Assembly (NCBI RefSeq): GCF_900079115.1
Contig: NZ_LT549890.1
Coordinates: 300,001-332,000 of the forward strand
Source of the DNA: Saccharolobus solfataricus
GTDB lineage: Archaea; Thermoproteota; Thermoprotei_A; Sulfolobales; Sulfolobaceae
DNA: 32,000 nt
Reading direction: 5' to 3'
Shown here: positions 17,887 to 26,043 of the stretch, piece after piece
Layout: the number at the start of each line of letters is the position of its first letter
How positions within the stretch are numbered: the first letter of the stretch is position 1
Made by a program: the position numbers and the translations under genes
Notes under the pieces: generated by a model
Told to the model about the DNA's origin: nothing
Database searches by the model: none
The model's input: the letters and a program-made list of their open reading frames with translations, nothing else

Positions 17887-18396
17887 ATGCCAATAGAAGA
17901 GTATTTAGGTAAAACCCCAAAGGTTTCTCAGAAGGCGTACATACATCCTACTTCTTACATTATAGGTGATGTGGAAATAGGGGATCTGACGAGTATATGG
18001 CATTATGTTGTGATTAGGGGAGATAATGACAGTATAAGAATTGGCAAGGAATCTAATGTGCAAGAGAATACTACAATCCACACAGATTACGGATACCCAG
18101 TTGAAATTGGCGATAAAGTCACAATTGGTCATAATGCTGTTATTCATGGTGCCAAAGTCTCATCTCACGTTATTGTAGGAATGGGGGCAATATTATTAAA
18201 TGGATCTCAAGTTAAGGAATACTCAATTATTGGAGCTGGGTCTGTAGTTACTCAAGGCACTGTTATCCCTCCCTATAGTGTAGCAGTTGGAGTTCCCGCT
18301 AAAGTTATCAAAAAGTTAAGAGAAGATGAGATTTTGATAATAGATGAGAACGCTGAAGAATATTTAAAGCATACGAGGAGGTTATTGAAATTATGA
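17887..18396 (+). CDS. Gamma-carbonic-anhydrase-like left-handed beta-helix protein (YrdA/PaaY/CaiE family)
   Basis: It has hexapeptide repeats, and the three His positions typical of gamma-CA zinc ligands are present (IWHYVVIRGD and IGHNAVIHGA). Confidence 0.8.
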   Translation: MPIEEYLGKTPKVSQKAYIHPTSYIIGDVEIGDLTSIWHYVVIRGDNDSIRIGKESNVQENTTIHTDYGYPVEIGDKVTIGHNAVIHGAKVSSHVIVGMGAILLNGSQVKEYSIIGAGSVVTQGTVIPPYSVAVGVPAKVIKKLREDEILIIDENAEEYLKHTRRLLKL

Positions 18397-19361
18397 ATAA
18401 GGATTTGAAAGCTATAAAATGGTTTATTACAACGCAAATTCTTAAAGATCCTTTTAATCCCGCATATGCAACGTTTAAGGTAACATCTAGATGCAACTTG
18501 AGATGTACATTCTGTTCTCCATCGTATTATTCTGGTGAATTAGGAGAGGGAAGTACGGAAAGGGTGAAAAAGATAATAGACAATTTGAGGGATTCGTCAA
18601 TAGTTGTCTTATCGTTTGAAGGTGGAGAACCAACTTATAGGCCAGATATTTTAGATCTTTTAGAGTACGCACACGATGGGTCCTTTTATATTATGCTTAC
18701 AACTAATGGTTATAGGCTTAAGGATGAAGATTTCCTAACTAAACTGGCAGACAAGATAGACTTCTTGCACTATTCTATAGACGAATATCATTGGAATGTG
18801 AAGGAATTAGAGAATTTATGTAGGTTCAGGAAATATGGCCTTAAGGTTAACGTTCAAACCGTAGTTACCAGATATAATTTATATAAATTGGAGGAAAAAG
18901 TTAGGAAGGTTGCTGAATGTGGATACAAGATACTAGCGATGCCTGCAGTAGATTATCCCAATTCAAAGGTAAAGTTAGCTCCAGATCCTTACGAATTTTA
19001 TAAAGTACTGTATGATCTGAAGCGAAAATATGGTTCTACATTAAATAACTCATGGGGATTCATAAACGCCATAATAGGTAAAGTCCCTAAAAGGGTAGTA
19101 AGTTATGCAATAACCATATATCCTAATGGCGACTTGCCTTATCCAGACGATATAAATGGAGAAATAGTTGGAAACGTAGCTGAAGAACCCCTAAATAAAA
19201 TTTTACAATCTAGTAAAGTGAAGGAATTACAGCAGAAAATGCTAGAAAATCAAGCTAAATTTGAATACTTACATTTGCAAACTGCTTCGTTCAATAATAT
19301 TAGAGATCTAGCATCATATGTTAGTGAAATGTTAAGGTGGCGTTTTACTGGAAGAGCTTGA
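18393..19361 (+). CDS. Radical SAM protein of unknown function (MoaA/NifB/PqqE-like core, no SPASM-type Cys cluster)
   Basis: It has SRCNLRCTFCS (the CxxxCxxC cluster) and FEGGEPTYR. The C-terminal half contains no further Cys cluster. It overlaps the LbH gene in an ATGA arrangement. Confidence 0.8.
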   Translation: MNKDLKAIKWFITTQILKDPFNPAYATFKVTSRCNLRCTFCSPSYYSGELGEGSTERVKKIIDNLRDSSIVVLSFEGGEPTYRPDILDLLEYAHDGSFYIMLTTNGYRLKDEDFLTKLADKIDFLHYSIDEYHWNVKELENLCRFRKYGLKVNVQTVVTRYNLYKLEEKVRKVAECGYKILAMPAVDYPNSKVKLAPDPYEFYKVLYDLKRKYGSTLNNSWGFINAIIGKVPKRVVSYAITIYPNGDLPYPDDINGEIVGNVAEEPLNKILQSSKVKELQQKMLENQAKFEYLHLQTASFNNIRDLASYVSEMLRWRFTGRA

Positions 19362-20207
19362 CATTGCCTTAAGGTATTCATTCCTTAAATCGTCTAGGAC
19401 TAAATGTGTGTAGATTTGAGTTGTTTTTATATCCTTATGTCCTAGTAATTTCTGTAATGTAATTACATTAATTCCTCTTTTTAGTGATAAGGTAGCGAAA
19501 GTGTGTCTCAAAATATGTGGTCTTAAATCAATTCCAACTTTCTTACCTAATCTCTTTAATTTTCTATATAAAGTATCATATTTTAAATCGAATAATTTGT
19601 CCTCAGCTTTCTTTCCCTTTATGTACTTTCTCAACAGCAGTTTAGTCTCATCAGTAAAGAAAACTATTCTTTCCTCTCCATTCTTAGTATTCCTAACTCT
19701 AATCATGTTATTTTCCAAATCTATATCCTTTACTAATACCGATAACAATTCATTTGCACGTAACCCAGTATCTAATAGTAACCTTATTATTAATTTATCC
19801 TTAGTCCTCTTACATGCGTTAAGTACTTTCTGGATCTGAATCTCGTCCAGAGCCTTAACTTCTTTTCTCCTTACTTTAGGAATAGGTGGCCTTACAGAAA
19901 CGTTAATCCATTTAAGGAATCTTCTCACTGCAATTATATAATATCTAATGGTAACACTCTTGGCTCTCTTCTTTTCTACTTCGTCTCCTTTAACCTTACC
20001 CTCTCTATTTAACAGACTAGAAATCCATCTGTTTAGATCTTCACTAGTAACCTTTCTAGGATCTTTGTTTATAAAGTCTAGAAAGTCCCTTACTGCGGTA
20101 GAGTAAAGCTTTATAGTTCCATTTCCAGCTCCTGCGATAATTAATGCGTTTATGAAAGCGTTATAAAGATCTCCGGATTCTGGTGGAGAGCCTAGATCAA
20201 GCTTCAC
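19332..20207 (-). CDS. xerA: Tyrosine recombinase XerA (archaeal XerC/D homologue)
   Basis: The catalytic signature is present: TGLRANELL (Arg), HILRHTFAT (HxxR) and LGHKDIKTTQIYTHL (His and the Tyr nucleophile). Single-copy chromosomal context with no flanking phage or plasmid genes. Confidence 0.85.
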   Translation of the reverse strand: MKLDLGSPPESGDLYNAFINALIIAGAGNGTIKLYSTAVRDFLDFINKDPRKVTSEDLNRWISSLLNREGKVKGDEVEKKRAKSVTIRYYIIAVRRFLKWINVSVRPPIPKVRRKEVKALDEIQIQKVLNACKRTKDKLIIRLLLDTGLRANELLSVLVKDIDLENNMIRVRNTKNGEERIVFFTDETKLLLRKYIKGKKAEDKLFDLKYDTLYRKLKRLGKKVGIDLRPHILRHTFATLSLKRGINVITLQKLLGHKDIKTTQIYTHLVLDDLRNEYLKAMSSSSSKTPP

Positions 20208-20281
20208 ATATTATATGTAGTAGGATTAAGTCTCAAAAGGATAAACTCTTAATAATTAGGGTATTACTTACTTAGCTTATT

Positions 20282-21799
20282 ATGGTATCATTGCTTCTGA
20301 TTTCCTTGTTATATCTAGGAATAATGTTGATAGCTGCTAAGATATCTGAGGAGATATTCAGAAGAATTGGTTTAGTAACTTTTGTTGGCCCTATATTAAT
20401 GGGCATTCTACTTGGAAACGGTGTATTTGGAGTCATACAGATTAATGAGATTATCTCATTTATTACATCTCTTGGTATAGTTTTTCTATTATTCTTGGCT
20501 GGAGCTGAAGAGTTTAACGTCGAAAATAGACCTAATGCTAACGTATTTCTAGCGGTGATATTAGAGTCAATTATACCATTTTCGGTAATACTCGTTGCGA
20601 TCTATATTATAGGCTTTAAGAACTACCTAATTCTCATAGTCCCATTAGCAATGAGTAGTGCTGGTCCCTTATCCAGAATGCTGATGGACGTTAAGATTTC
20701 TGATAACAGAATTTCTAACTTAATTTTCCAACAAGTAATCTTAATAGAAATAATTTTTGTGATATTGTTTGCAATACTCTTAAAGACTAGTGAAATTCTG
20801 ATTACAATAATTGAAATTTTCTTGGTATTCGCATTTACGATAATGTTTGGTAGAACTTTAGCTAAGATTCTAGAGAAAATAGAGTATTATTTTAAGGCGA
20901 GAGAAATAGAGTTTGCCTCGCTTATTGCAATAATTTTAATCATAGGTTATTTAGCAGAATTATACAAATTTAATTCAGCCATATCAGCCTTTTTCCTGGG
21001 TATATTATTAAAGGATTATTTAAAAGATAGGCCAGAATTACTGGAGAGGCTTCACGCATTTACATATGGATTCTTTGAACCATTATTCTTTTTAGGTATA
21101 GGCTTATATGTTACTAAAATTAACGCATCCATTATTCTTTTTAGCTTGCTCTTCTTCTCACTAATAATTGCTTCTAAATTCCTTGCCGGCTTTATTTCAT
21201 CGAAGATTCTAAATATTAAGGGGAAGATAAATGGATTTGCAACTAGCGTAAAAGGAGGAGTTGATTCATCACTATTGCTTACTGGACTAACTTTAGGGTA
21301 TATAAACGAATTCATGTACTCGTTTTCAATTTTAGCGATTTCGCTTTCAGCATTAATAGTTCCCCTCCTATTTCAAATTAATTTTAAAATTAGTAATAAA
21401 ATTTCAGAGAGTAAAAAGGTGAAACTCTCTCAAGAGGTAATTAAGCTTCAGATAAAGCCACTTTACGCTTCATGTGAAGAGAACTTGAGATCGGTAATTA
21501 GTAAAATTAGTGAAAGAGGTGTTAGGGGAATAGTTGTTGTAAATTATGAGAATAAACCTCTAGGTTATGTTTCAATACAAACTTTACTTGAAATTGACCC
21601 CGAACTATATGAGAGTACTAAAGCTTGCGAGGTACCACTGGATGAGGTTCCAATAGAATACGATAACGTGAAAGTTATAGATCTTCTAAGAAAATTTAGG
21701 GAAACTGAGAAACCGGTAATAGCAATTATAAATAAGGAAGGAGTCTTAGTCACTACAGTATATGAAAGAGAACTGGCGAGGTTTTTAATTTCCTTTTAA
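20282..21799 (+). CDS. Cation:proton antiporter (CPA2/Kef-type) with a C-terminal CBS-domain pair
   Basis: About 370 aa of multi-TM sequence, including the LFLAGAEEF motif typical of Na+/H+ exchanger families, followed by soluble CBS-like repeats (RGIVVVNYENKPLGYVS and PVIAIINKEGVLVTTV). Confidence 0.75.
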   Translation: MVSLLLISLLYLGIMLIAAKISEEIFRRIGLVTFVGPILMGILLGNGVFGVIQINEIISFITSLGIVFLLFLAGAEEFNVENRPNANVFLAVILESIIPFSVILVAIYIIGFKNYLILIVPLAMSSAGPLSRMLMDVKISDNRISNLIFQQVILIEIIFVILFAILLKTSEILITIIEIFLVFAFTIMFGRTLAKILEKIEYYFKAREIEFASLIAIILIIGYLAELYKFNSAISAFFLGILLKDYLKDRPELLERLHAFTYGFFEPLFFLGIGLYVTKINASIILFSLLFFSLIIASKFLAGFISSKILNIKGKINGFATSVKGGVDSSLLLTGLTLGYINEFMYSFSILAISLSALIVPLLFQINFKISNKISESKKVKLSQEVIKLQIKPLYASCEENLRSVISKISERGVRGIVVVNYENKPLGYVSIQTLLEIDPELYESTKACEVPLDEVPIEYDNVKVIDLLRKFRETEKPVIAIINKEGVLVTTVYERELARFLISF

Positions 21800-21812
21800 G
21801 CATTAAGATCTT

Positions 21813-22331
21813 ATGACAGTTTGGTATACTGGAACTGGTGATAAGGGTAAGACGAAATTACCTTCAGTTGGCGAGATTTGGAAGGATGATGATATTGTAA
21901 ATGCTATTGGAGATCTTGATGAGTTGAATGCCAGTTTAGGCGTTATTTCATCCCTTTATCCACAACTTCGTGAAATTATGGTAAGAATTCAATCAGATAT
22001 ATTCTCACTTTCCTCAGAAATTGCTGGGTTTGACATGAATTTCGAAGAAGAGAAGGTAAAATGGATAGAAGAGGAGATCAGTAGTTTTTCTAAGGGCATA
22101 CCCGAGTTAAGAAATTTCATTTTACCGGGAGGACATGTCGCAGCTTCTTTTCTTCATCTAGCTAGAACCATATGCAGAAGGAGTGAGAGAAGTGTAGTAA
22201 AGATATTAAAGAGGAGTAAGGCGAAGGACGTTCACGTTAAATACCTTAATCGTTTATCCTCATTGCTATTTGTTTTAGCATTATACGTTAATAAGCAAGA
22301 GAAAGTCCAAGAGATTATATGGAAACGTTAA
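21813..22331 (+). CDS. ATP:cob(I)alamin adenosyltransferase, PduO type
   Basis: [12 protein letters not shown] at the N-terminus and FILPGG...[13 protein letters not shown] are PduO-type ATR signatures. Confidence 0.8.
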   Translation: MTVWYTGTGDKGKTKLPSVGEIWKDDDIVNAIGDLDELNASLGVISSLYPQLREIMVRIQSDIFSLSSEIAGFDMNFEEEKVKWIEEEISSFSKGIPELRNFILPGGHVAASFLHLARTICRRSERSVVKILKRSKAKDVHVKYLNRLSSLLFVLALYVNKQEKVQEIIWKR

Positions 22332-23244
22332 AACCAATTCCTCTCCTTAAAGCCTCTTGATAAGCTATGTGGGCAGTTATGTTATCCTCTACAGCAATCC
22401 CCACAGTTTTAAATAATGATGGTCTTTCTATTTTTATTCCCTTTTCTATTATTTCTCCCAGTTCTTTTATCATTTTGTTTTCCAATAATCCTCTTTGTTT
22501 AGGAATGATATAATCACCACTCTCTTTAGAAACTGCTTCTAACGAGTCGACAATATAACTCTTTACCTTTATTATAGTATCATCATCTAATTCCCTCGAA
22601 TCTGGAGTATGGGCTCCTATACTTGATAAATGAAATACATCTTTTAGATACTTACCTAATACAACTGGAAAATTAGATGAGGTGGTTGCGAAGATAGTAT
22701 CTGAATTCTTCAATAACGTTTCTAAGTCCGTAGCCTCACCGCCAACTCTCTTAGCTAATTCGAAGTGAGATTTTCTAGCTGAAATGTAAAGCTTCTGAAC
22801 TTTAAAGTACTCTAAGGCTAATTTTGCGTGATAGTATGCTTCAGTGCCTGCACCTATTATTCCTAAGATGCCTATATTTCTACCATTTATAGCTAACTCA
22901 GTCGATAATATACTTGCTGCAGCGGTTCTTATTGCAGTTAGCGTTGTCCCATCAATTATCGCTAAAATCTCTCCAGTATCTGGTGACATCAATATTACAA
23001 CACCTTGAACTAATGGTAACCCTCTCTCTTTATTCTCAGGTATAACGTTAACTATTTTGGTCACAAAAGAATAATCAGTTGATGATGGCATTAAGCCCCA
23101 CCAATTTCCCTTTACACTCATGACTAACCTTTGTGGTTGATCTACCTTCTTCTGATAATGCAATTTGAATGCCTCTTTCACTGAGCTTACGGCTATTTCA
23201 GCTTTTAATAATTCATCTAGATCTTTCCTTGTTAAGATAATCAT
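22315..23244 (-). CDS. Ornithine cyclodeaminase/mu-crystallin family NAD(P)-dependent enzyme
   Basis: A 309-aa ORF with [10 protein letters not shown], the Rossmann loop [12 protein letters not shown] and family-typical N-terminal and C-terminal segments. Confidence 0.8.
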   Translation of the reverse strand: MIILTRKDLDELLKAEIAVSSVKEAFKLHYQKKVDQPQRLVMSVKGNWWGLMPSSTDYSFVTKIVNVIPENKERGLPLVQGVVILMSPDTGEILAIIDGTTLTAIRTAAASILSTELAINGRNIGILGIIGAGTEAYYHAKLALEYFKVQKLYISARKSHFELAKRVGGEATDLETLLKNSDTIFATTSSNFPVVLGKYLKDVFHLSSIGAHTPDSRELDDDTIIKVKSYIVDSLEAVSKESGDYIIPKQRGLLENKMIKELGEIIEKGIKIERPSLFKTVGIAVEDNITAHIAYQEALRRGIGFNVSI

Positions 23245-23494
23245 TAAGTTAAGATCCTTTTATCGATTATAAACTTTAACATTATTTTGGAATTTTCTGA
23301 TTAGCATAAGAATTAACCCTAGGACTATATGCAGTATTATTTAAAAATGCTTTTTAGGGATATTAAGGACACATTAAAAGGAAAGTCGATAATTAATATT
23401 ATATCTAATATACCTTTACCCATTGTATTTAATACTTATCAACATAATACTACTAAGCAAAAAGTTTATTTACAAACACGTTTTGCATAATGTG

Positions 23495-24913
23495 ATGTCA
23501 GTGAATTTAAGAAAAGTACTTGTAACTGGTTTTATATCACTATTTGCAATTTTAATGTTAATACTTCCAATTACACTAGCACAATCGCAAACGATAAGTA
23601 ATGTACTCCTTATTCCAACTGGTTTTATCACAATTCCTACAAGTGGTTCATCAGCCTCGTTTACGGCTTACGTCATAAATAATAACCCAAATAGTGAAAC
23701 AGTAACTGTTTATTTGAACGGTAACTCATATACTACATTAACTATCCCTCCCTATTCTTACTCTCCGGTTACGTTATCTTTATCAACTGGTAAGAACATT
23801 TTAATCGTAAACGGCCAGTCTCTAATAATTAACGTGAATAGTATATCTAAGGTTATATCTGCAAACATCTTGCTAAACAACAGTGCAAACTTGATATTAA
23901 TAAATGGAATACCCGGTAAGCTTTACACAGTAAATTTAACAATTGCAAATATCCATAATTGGAACATCTCCATATCCACATATACCTATTCATCAATATT
24001 TTTCACCAATATGTATAAGCTCTACAACGCTCCGTTTGAGTTACAACCGCCTCTGTCAAACTCCTCTTACATACCGATTCTAGTACCACTTTACGTTCCA
24101 CAAGGTCTATATTATTTCTATAATTACGTTCAGTTCTATAATATTAGTAATTATCAACAAGTGTTGGGGTACATTCCATTTTTAATTTTTATAAATGTAA
24201 GCTATGGGTTGAATGGTACGTTAGTTACGTCTAACACGTATACATCTAATAACATCACGGTATCGTATGTTACAGCAAACGGCTATACATACATTTTATC
24301 TAAGTATCCATTTAGCTTAAGCGATAAAGTTATAGTGAAAGTTATTCCACACTCATCCTCTCTTAATCCATATACAGTGGTCTTAGGTAACTTCACCTCA
24401 ACACTGACAATAAATGGTCAAGCATTACAAGAACCTTACTTTGGGAGTAATAGCAGTGAATTTGCATATGGTAATTCTTGGATAGAATTAAAGATCCCTG
24501 AACAGTATACCGGGACACAATATCAAATAAATATAACTTACATTACACCACATGGTATAGTAAGCACTGGAGTAATACCCGCCATTACTTCTTCTACTAC
24601 AACTACTACAACGACGAGCTCTACTACAACTACAAGTACTACTACCTCAACGACATCTACTACCTCAACTTCTTCCTCAACAACTTCGACTACGACATCG
24701 TCCTCCTCAACAACTACTACCTCTTCTTCAATTACATCCTCCTCAACCACATCATCAACAACTTCTTCAACATCCACTACCACACCCACCTCGACTTCCT
24801 CGTCTACTACCTCAGTTACTACTTCTGGGGTATCTACTTCAGTTATAATAGGCATTGCAATAGTGGTGATAATAATAGTGATTGTCGCTGTAGTACTTTT
24901 AAGAAGAAGATAG
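23495..24913 (+). CDS. Secreted, C-terminally membrane-anchored surface protein with a Ser/Thr stalk (function unknown)
   Basis: A Sec-type signal peptide (MSVNLRKVLVTGFISLFAILMLILPITLAQS) starts at the ATG at 23495; the track's TTG at 23423 adds an implausible extension. I count 11 N-x-S/T sequons. An 85-aa S/T tract is followed by one TM helix and RRR. Confidence 0.7.
   Translation: MSVNLRKVLVTGFISLFAILMLILPITLAQSQTISNVLLIPTGFITIPTSGSSASFTAYVINNNPNSETVTVYLNGNSYTTLTIPPYSYSPVTLSLSTGKNILIVNGQSLIINVNSISKVISANILLNNSANLILINGIPGKLYTVNLTIANIHNWNISISTYTYSSIFFTNMYKLYNAPFELQPPLSNSSYIPILVPLYVPQGLYYFYNYVQFYNISNYQQVLGYIPFLIFINVSYGLNGTLVTSNTYTSNNITVSYVTANGYTYILSKYPFSLSDKVIVKVIPHSSSLNPYTVVLGNFTSTLTINGQALQEPYFGSNSSEFAYGNSWIELKIPEQYTGTQYQINITYITPHGIVSTGVIPAITSSTTTTTTTSSTTTTSTTTSTTSTTSTSSSTTSTTTSSSSTTTTSSSITSSSTTSSTTSSTSTTTPTSTSSSTTSVTTSGVSTSVIIGIAIVVIIIVIVAVVLLRRR
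24587..24841 (+). repeat. Low-complexity ACN/TCN codon tract encoding about 85 consecutive Ser/Thr-rich residues
   Basis: Seen directly: TSSTTTTTTTSSTTTTSTTTSTTSTTSTSSSTTSTTTSSSSTTTT.... It generates a spurious E/V/D-rich ORF on the opposite strand. Confidence 0.85.
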
Positions 24914-24943
24914 AGTAAAAGAAAATGCAAAGGGAATATAGGC

Positions 24944-24950
24944 TTTTTTT
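24944..24950. terminator. T7 tract in the 38-bp gap between convergent genes, a candidate terminator for the surface-protein gene
   Basis: The sequence ggcTTTTTTTatta was seen directly, 31 nt after the stop at 24913. Confidence 0.35.
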
Positions 24951-24951
24951 A

Positions 24952-26043
24952 TTAAACCTTCGTACCAGCCTCTATTACGCTTCCATGTTTAATTACTTTT
25001 TCTGGTGAAATTAAAGCGCCAAGTTTATTGAATCTAGGTCTACTTAGTGAATGTGCTGGGTAACTTGCAGTTATGACAGAAGCTCCTATCTTAGCTCCTT
25101 TACCTACTATTGAGTAAGTCAAATAGGATTTTGAACCTACTTCAGCAAAGGGTTCAATTAAAGAATGGGCAATTTCACAGTAAGCTCCTATCTTAGCTCC
25201 CTCCTCTATGGAGGAATAATCTCTAACTAGAGAAAATGATCCTACGTAAGCGTTTTTACCAATATAAGCTGGTCCTTTAATTATTGCATAATCTTCTATT
25301 ATTGCATAATCTTCTATTATAACTCCTTTCCCTATTATTGCGTTTTTCGAAATCTCAGCCTTATCTGAAATTACGCTTTCTTTTCTCCTTAGCAACGTTT
25401 CCAATGCAAATAATAAATCCTCTGGGTAACCTATGTCAACCCAACTCTCTGACCAAATGAAATAGTTGAGTCTAGCTTGACTAGAAAGTAGATCAATATA
25501 ATCTAGTAGAGAGGTGAAATTGTCCTTTGGTTTTGGTAGTATGTAGGCTCCACCTAACGCTAGAGTTGAGCTTTCTTTAACTACCTTTAGTTTATTATCG
25601 ACGATTTTAACTAAACCGTAAGTTTCTGTTCCCTCACTTATCGGTATCAGCGGTATTACCGCTTGACTCCCCGTCATTATGTATGTGTCCATAAGGCTCT
25701 TGTAGAATTCCGCAGGCGCTATTATATCACCAAATGCCAATACAAATACGTCATCATCAATACTTTCTATACCTTCTAGAACTGCTCCATCAATTCCTTG
25801 TTTCTTTTGCACTATGGTCTCAAAGGACACGTCAAGTTTCTCCACCTCTTCTTCTATTTGATTTCCCTTCTCGTTTACAATTATTTCAAATTCTTTTACA
25901 CCAGCTTTCTTTAAACCCTCTATTGTGTAGTTTATTATTGCCTTACCTAGTACTGTAATAGCTTCTTTCTGTACCTTCTCAGTATATGGTAACAGTCCCT
26001 CTCCCTTTCCTCCAGCTAATACTATAGCCTTCATTTCACTCAA
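24952..26043 (-). CDS. Sugar-1-phosphate nucleotidyltransferase with a C-terminal LbH acyltransferase-like domain (GlmU-like)
   Basis: The N-terminus (KAIVLAGGKGEGLLPYT) is the NTP-transferase loop. The C-terminal third is made of hexapeptide repeats. It overlaps glmS by 8 nt. Confidence 0.8.
   Translation of the reverse strand: MSEMKAIVLAGGKGEGLLPYTEKVQKEAITVLGKAIINYTIEGLKKAGVKEFEIIVNEKGNQIEEEVEKLDVSFETIVQKKQGIDGAVLEGIESIDDDVFVLAFGDIIAPAEFYKSLMDTYIMTGSQAVIPLIPISEGTETYGLVKIVDNKLKVVKESSTLALGGAYILPKPKDNFTSLLDYIDLLSSQARLNYFIWSESWVDIGYPEDLLFALETLLRRKESVISDKAEISKNAIIGKGVIIEDYAIIEDYAIIKGPAYIGKNAYVGSFSLVRDYSSIEEGAKIGAYCEIAHSLIEPFAEVGSKSYLTYSIVGKGAKIGASVITASYPAHSLSRPRFNKLGALISPEKVIKHGSVIEAGTKV
25281..25320. 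repeat. Perfect 18-bp tandem duplication (ttattgcataatcttcta x2, plus a partial ttat)
   Basis: Seen directly at 25281-25298 and 25299-25316. It encodes IIEDYA-IIEDYA inside the LbH domain. Confidence 0.95.

Noticed and set aside
19332-20281. A dif-like XerA recombination site next to xerA.
   Set aside because: I looked for a roughly 28-bp imperfect palindrome in the flanking gaps (20208-20281 and the overlap with the radical SAM gene) and saw nothing convincing. Archaeal dif sites need not be adjacent to xer.
23329-23490. A 53-codon plus-strand ORF (MQYYLKMLFRDIKDTLKGKSIINIISNIPLPIVFNTYQHNTTKQKVYLQTRFA) in the 250-bp divergent promoter region.
   Set aside because: It has no motif and an AT-rich composition compatible with chance. 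The region is needed for two divergent promoters. It cannot be supported without conservation or expression data.
23423-23494. A TTG-initiated 24-aa extension of the surface protein.
   Set aside because: The Met at 23495 is followed immediately by a classical signal peptide. The extension would bury it.
24538-24930. A 130-aa minus-strand ORF rich in E/V/D runs.
   Set aside because: It is the reverse complement of the ACN/TCN Ser/Thr stalk tract, an artefact of the low-complexity repeat.
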